Made by a program: the position numbers and the translations under genes | Part shown: piece by piece, positions 60,259 to 64,000 of the stretch | Numbering within the stretch: position 1 is the stretch's first letter | How the letters are laid out: each line of letters opens with the position of its first letter | Notes under the pieces: generated by a model | Seen by the model: the letters and a program-made list of their open reading frames with translations, nothing else | What the model was told of the DNA's origin: nothing | The model's database searches: none | Assembly (NCBI GenBank): GCA_965212015.1 | Contig: OZ243037.1 | Span: 704,001 to 768,000 of the forward strand | Reading direction: 5' to 3' | Length of the DNA stretch: 64,000 nucleotides | DNA from: Cenarchaeum sp. | GTDB taxonomy: Archaea > Thermoproteota > Nitrososphaeria > Nitrososphaerales > Nitrosopumilaceae

Positions 60259-60333
60259 CGCCCTCGGCGGGATTTGAACACGCGTCTCAGCCGTGACAGG
60301 GCCGAATTCTAGACCGGGCTATACTACAAGGGC
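60259..60333 (-). tRNA. tRNA-Asp (GTC), integration site
   Basis: GCCCTTG/CGAGGGC acceptor, CGGCC-CTGTCAC-GGCTG anticodon arm, TTCAAAT loop; no encoded CCA. Confidence 0.95.
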
Positions 60334-60359
60334 GCAACTATACAAGACAAATTTGCCAG

Positions 60360-60370
60360 TTTAAAGCTTT
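60360..60370 (-). promoter_or_regulatory. BRE/TATA of tRNA-Asp
   Basis: AAAGC-TTTAAA on the minus strand about 27-32 nt upstream of the tRNA. Confidence 0.55.
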
Positions 60371-61932
60371 GCTCAACGGGGTGGTGAACGGTTAAATTCG
60401 ATGCCTGCGGAATCAAAATCCCTCCTGGAGCCAACCCGTTCTCACAAGGTTCATGGGTGCTTTATATATGGAAAATTTCCCAAAAATCAGACCGTTTGTA
60501 AAGTGCCATACTGCAAAACCCGCTTTACAAAGTTTGAGGGCGTTCTGATCGCACAGGCCGTCCATCAAAGTCAGGGGCAAAAAAATCCAGGCCCCCGATA
60601 ACAGGCCCCGTCATGATGTAGTCCCGATGGTAAATGATCCCGCGTCTTTTTCCACCGTCCGAATGTCCGGTTTATGTATCCCAATCCAAAATTCTAGATC
60701 AAAAATCACATATTCCAAACGCGCAACAAAACGGCCGATTGCGGATATTGAAAATACGCGCATGCCGTCACGTTTGCACCAGGACCGGAGCTTGCAAACT
60801 TTGGATCATGTCCATACATCCAAGGATTTTCAGACCCGTGTTTTGCCGTCCCGTCGTTTGGCGCGCCTCGCTGACTGCCGTCCCGACAGCGGGCATCAGC
60901 CGTCCATTTGGGTTTTATTCGGATCTCAAATATTCCGAATCAAGTTCGCAGGCTTTGGCTCAGATTGACGGAGGGATTGTTCCGGGTCTTTCCAACACCC
61001 GAGGTTTACCGTTTTGTCATGCGCGTATCGCATGTTTGTCTCACAGTTTTCAGTCCACTCCGAATTTTTGATCTCAGGCTTTGGATTGAGGCCGTGTTAC
61101 AAATCACACATGATGGAACAGTATTCCAGACACGATCTCTTTGGATCGAGGGACGGATTCCATTTAAAACGAGTCCGTGCCGGCAGTGTCCGGGAATCAA
61201 ACGCCGGATCCTGCGGACTGTGTTGCAATCCCGCGTGCAGGGCAGGCCATATCATCATGCCCCGCGCGTAAATGGATAAAATCACGATTCGACACTAGCT
61301 TTTAGCATTGGCGGCCGGATTTCAATTGTGGGTTTTTGCCTATTGCGCACGGGATAACAGGTTGGGTTCAAGAGGGATATTTGGATTACATGTATGGGAC
61401 CTAACCGGTTACCGCACAGGGTCTGCCGGAATTAAATTACACCCGGCGGCTCTGCCGTCGAGGAATTCTAGCGACGCGGGTTTGAAAATTACGCCCATTA
61501 AACTGCAATCGGACAGTCCCCGTACTCGTGCAGCCATTCCAAAAGTGCATGGCGCACAAAGCGGACGTCCCGGCAAAACAGGCAATCCCGCGCACACGAA
61601 ACTATGGCATGATCCGGCCAGTCCCCGGCAAAGGCCGGAATCAGAATTCTCAAACCAGAACAGGGTAAAAGGCGTGCCGTGGCCTCATAACTACATCAGA
61701 CATGCCGCCGGCCCCACAAACTGCAAGGCCTGCCGGCGTCAGGCGCCGCCGGAATCACGGCCGCAGACAGGCCCCGTATTTGGAAGGCACGCCAGATATT
61801 GCAGGCAGGCCGCATGGCCTGTCTGCCGGCCCCCATTCTAGGCGCAACACGCCGGTTTTTGCGGTTTAGGCGCTTTATTGGGCGCCGGCAAAGCTCTAAG
61901 TTATTATACTAATGCACAGGTGTAATGTAGAG

Positions 61933-62136
61933 ATGGTTAAAGCTAAAACCAAACCCAAATCAAAATCCAAATCAAAAGCTAAACCCAAGAAAAAGGCATT
62001 TGGCGGATATGCAATCAGCTTTGCGGGTCGCAAAGATACCGTAGAGCAGATATTTGGCAAAAAGCCAATCCCCCCAAGTGAAATGACGAAAAGGATTTGG
62101 GCTTATGTAAAGGCCAAAAAACTGGCAAACAAATAA
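61933..62136 (+). CDS. Small basic protein with SWIB-like C-terminus
   Basis: Lys-rich N-tail; IFG..P...SEMTKRIWAYVKAKKL. Confidence 0.75.
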   Translation: MVKAKTKPKSKSKSKAKPKKKAFGGYAISFAGRKDTVEQIFGKKPIPPSEMTKRIWAYVKAKKLANK

Positions 62137-62217
62137 CCCCGGTATTTTTTTAACCAAGCAACAGGCGGCTTTGGTAAAGCCGATTAATTTCTACAGCCAG
62201 CACTTGCATGTCCAGAG

Positions 62218-62733
62218 TCAAAACGTCTGTTGCATGTCTTTTTTTATCATGTCGATTTTTTTGGCAAACGCCTTTTTCGGCCTGTCGTTTTTCTTGAGGT
62301 TCAAAACCTTTCCGCACGACGGGCATTTGAACATGTCCTCGAGGGCGTTTTCAAATGTCACCCGCTGGCAGTCATCATTACCGCAGTGGTAAAACTCTGA
62401 CGAGTTTTCATAGTCCAGCCTCTGCTGCAGCCTCTCGCCGATCTTCTTTTTTTGATTCTCGATAAAGTTCTCCACCTCCTCGCGCCTTGAGCGCCACCTG
62501 TACACAAACCAGCCCTTTCTCTCATCCTTGACGCGTATTCCGGTGATGAGCGACTTGCCAAACAGGTCGTACAGGACCTTTCTTACCATGTTGATTCGAA
62601 GGCCCGTCGAGCTTGCAATCTCTTCGTCCGTAGAGTCCTCCGCCTTTAGGAGGGATCGCGCCACTTTGAGATATTCGTCGCCGCCAATCATGGTGGCAAT
62701 CCTGACAAATGGATCCTCGTACTTGTCAACCAA
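62218..62733 (-). CDS. tfe: Transcription factor E
   Basis: TDEEIA..TG..IN.VRKVLYDL, GWFVYRW, CPSCG. Confidence 0.93.
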   Translation of the reverse strand: MVDKYEDPFVRIATMIGGDEYLKVARSLLKAEDSTDEEIASSTGLRINMVRKVLYDLFGKSLITGIRVKDERKGWFVYRWRSRREEVENFIENQKKKIGERLQQRLDYENSSEFYHCGNDDCQRVTFENALEDMFKCPSCGKVLNLKKNDRPKKAFAKKIDMIKKDMQQTF

Positions 62734-62759
62734 TACGCACCCCTGCCGTCTTGGCAATA

Positions 62760-63290
62760 TTAATCCCTTGTTTCATCCACCAGCACGTTTTTGCCCCGGC
62801 GGGCCGGAATGATTGTCCTTTTGGCGTCCTGGTACGTCCTTGAGAACTGGCCCCCCTCCTGTATCCTGTCCAGAAATACCGCAAGCGCGCTAATCTCCGA
62901 GTGCGGCTGGCTTCCAACTGAGACGTTATAATCGGACATGTCATATACCTCCCTTGGAACCTTTTCGGCCCCGACTATAACCAGGATGTTCTTCTCACCC
63001 CTTATCCTGCCAGATACCTTGTTTATCTCCTCGCCATACATTGTAAGGTGTATGATTTTGGCCGAGTCCTTCTTTTGCTTGAGTAGCCGCCTCCAGCTAT
63101 CGACAATGTCAACCTGAAAGTCTCCCCCCCACGTCTTGTTAATCTTGGCAATAGTCTGCCTGATGTCGGGGTTTACCTCGTCCATGAATATTTTGCTTGC
63201 CCCAAACGCCCTGGACACCAGGGCCACGTGCGTAGTCACCCTGTCGTCGCGCACCAGCCTCTGTCCAATCCTCAGCACCTCAATCCTCAT
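62760..63290 (-). CDS. trm56: tRNA (cytidine(56)-2'-O)-methyltransferase
   Basis: [33 protein letters not shown]. Confidence 0.95.
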   Translation of the reverse strand: MRIEVLRIGQRLVRDDRVTTHVALVSRAFGASKIFMDEVNPDIRQTIAKINKTWGGDFQVDIVDSWRRLLKQKKDSAKIIHLTMYGEEINKVSGRIRGEKNILVIVGAEKVPREVYDMSDYNVSVGSQPHSEISALAVFLDRIQEGGQFSRTYQDAKRTIIPARRGKNVLVDETRD

Positions 63291-64000
63291 ACGGCATCCC
63301 TGCCCCCTGGGCTTTTTTGGCCTTTGAATCGTGCGGACCTCCCACCATGTCCTCAACTAGCCGCATTAGCCGCGCCAGGTTGTATCCCGTGACAGCCGAC
63401 ACCGGCACCCATTTCTTGTTCTCTGCCAGGCCAAGCTCTTCTGCCCTGCGCACAATCTCCTGCCTGCTTGCCAGATCCGACTTGTTTAGCGCAAAGATAA
63501 TCCTGTCGGGCTGCACTCCAATCTCCGTCAGGGTTTTTTTGCAGCTCTGGAATTTCTTTTGCAGATCCGCTGCCGAATCGCTAATGTCGACTATTAACAG
63601 CACTGCGTCCGTATGCAGGAGCTCCTCTAGCGTGGATCTGAACGCCTCCACCATGTATGCGGGCAGCTTGCTGATAAAACCCACCGTATCTGAAAGCAGG
63701 TACGCCTTTTGGTTGGCAGTTACCCTCCTCGTAGTAGTCGAAAGCGTGGTAAAAAGCTCGTCGCTGCGCTCCTTGTGCTCGCCTGTCAGCCTGTTGAACA
63801 GGGTGGTCTTTCCGGCAGACGTGTATCCTGCCAGGGAGATTGTCGTAAAGCCGGTTTTTTTTCTCGCCTGGCGGTGAAGATCCCTCTGCTTTCCGGCCTT
63901 GCCAAGCTTTGATTTTACCGTGTTCATCCTGTGCCGGATGTCGTTGGTATAGACGTCTGCCTCGAACTTGCCAATCCCCATGAATCCGGGCTGCTCGCCC
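63280..64000 (-). CDS. hflX: GTPase HflX, 5'-truncated by window edge
   Basis: [28 protein letters not shown]. Confidence 0.93.
   Translation of the reverse strand, partial: GEQPGFMGIGKFEADVYTNDIRHRMNTVKSKLGKAGKQRDLHRQARKKTGFTTISLAGYTSAGKTTLFNRLTGEHKERSDELFTTLSTTTRRVTANQKAYLLSDTVGFISKLPAYMVEAFRSTLEELLHTDAVLLIVDISDSAADLQKKFQSCKKTLTEIGVQPDRIIFALNKSDLASRQEIVRRAEELGLAENKKWVPVSAVTGYNLARLMRLVEDMVGGPHDSKAKKAQGAGMPYED

Larger units (their letters stand above)
40575..60272. mobile_element. Integrated element (~19.7 kb) at tRNA-Asp
   Basis: 18-bp att repeats, integrase beside the tRNA, transfer/partition-like backbone, AT-rich defence cargo. Confidence 0.9.

Noticed and set aside
40575-60272. Provirus or complete conjugative element
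   Set aside because: No capsid, terminase, portal, VirB6 or pilin gene is recognisable

Overview
This window comes from a GC-rich ammonia-oxidising archaeon (Nitrosopumilaceae-like Thaumarchaeota; the 6xFN3 surface protein hints at a host-associated lineage, which is inference). Bases 1-34 kb and 61.9-64 kb are mostly core genes: leuS, a stand-alone 5S rRNA, PINA ATPase, mqnE, thrC, the 3-hydroxypropionyl-CoA synthetase/dehydratase pair of the 3HP/4HB cycle, dnaG, ribK, ribL, dph5, tfe, trm56 and hflX. The accessory part (34-60 kb) holds a ~19.7-kb element integrated at tRNA-Asp(GTC), bounded by an exact 18-bp direct repeat (40575-40592 / 60255-60272). The element encodes a tyrosine integrase, a stand-alone Topo VI-A-like protein, and an actin-like ATPase next to a VirD4/HerA-type ATPase with a wHTH-nuclease-like tail. 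It also encodes an AbrB-fold protein preceded by helically phased repeats, three hairpins and a 12x19-bp array. Its cargo is a SNF2-helicase/DUF1156-methylase/DUF499-ATPase defence operon extended by a YwbE-HEPN fusion gene. A mosaic non-coding repeat family, locally amplified into 16x48-bp and 5x112-bp tandem arrays, sits at the edges of AT-rich foreign genes inside and outside the element. The thioredoxin gene is fused by an apparent deletion to half of an ATPase gene. All family calls come from motif recognition by eye; no searches were run.
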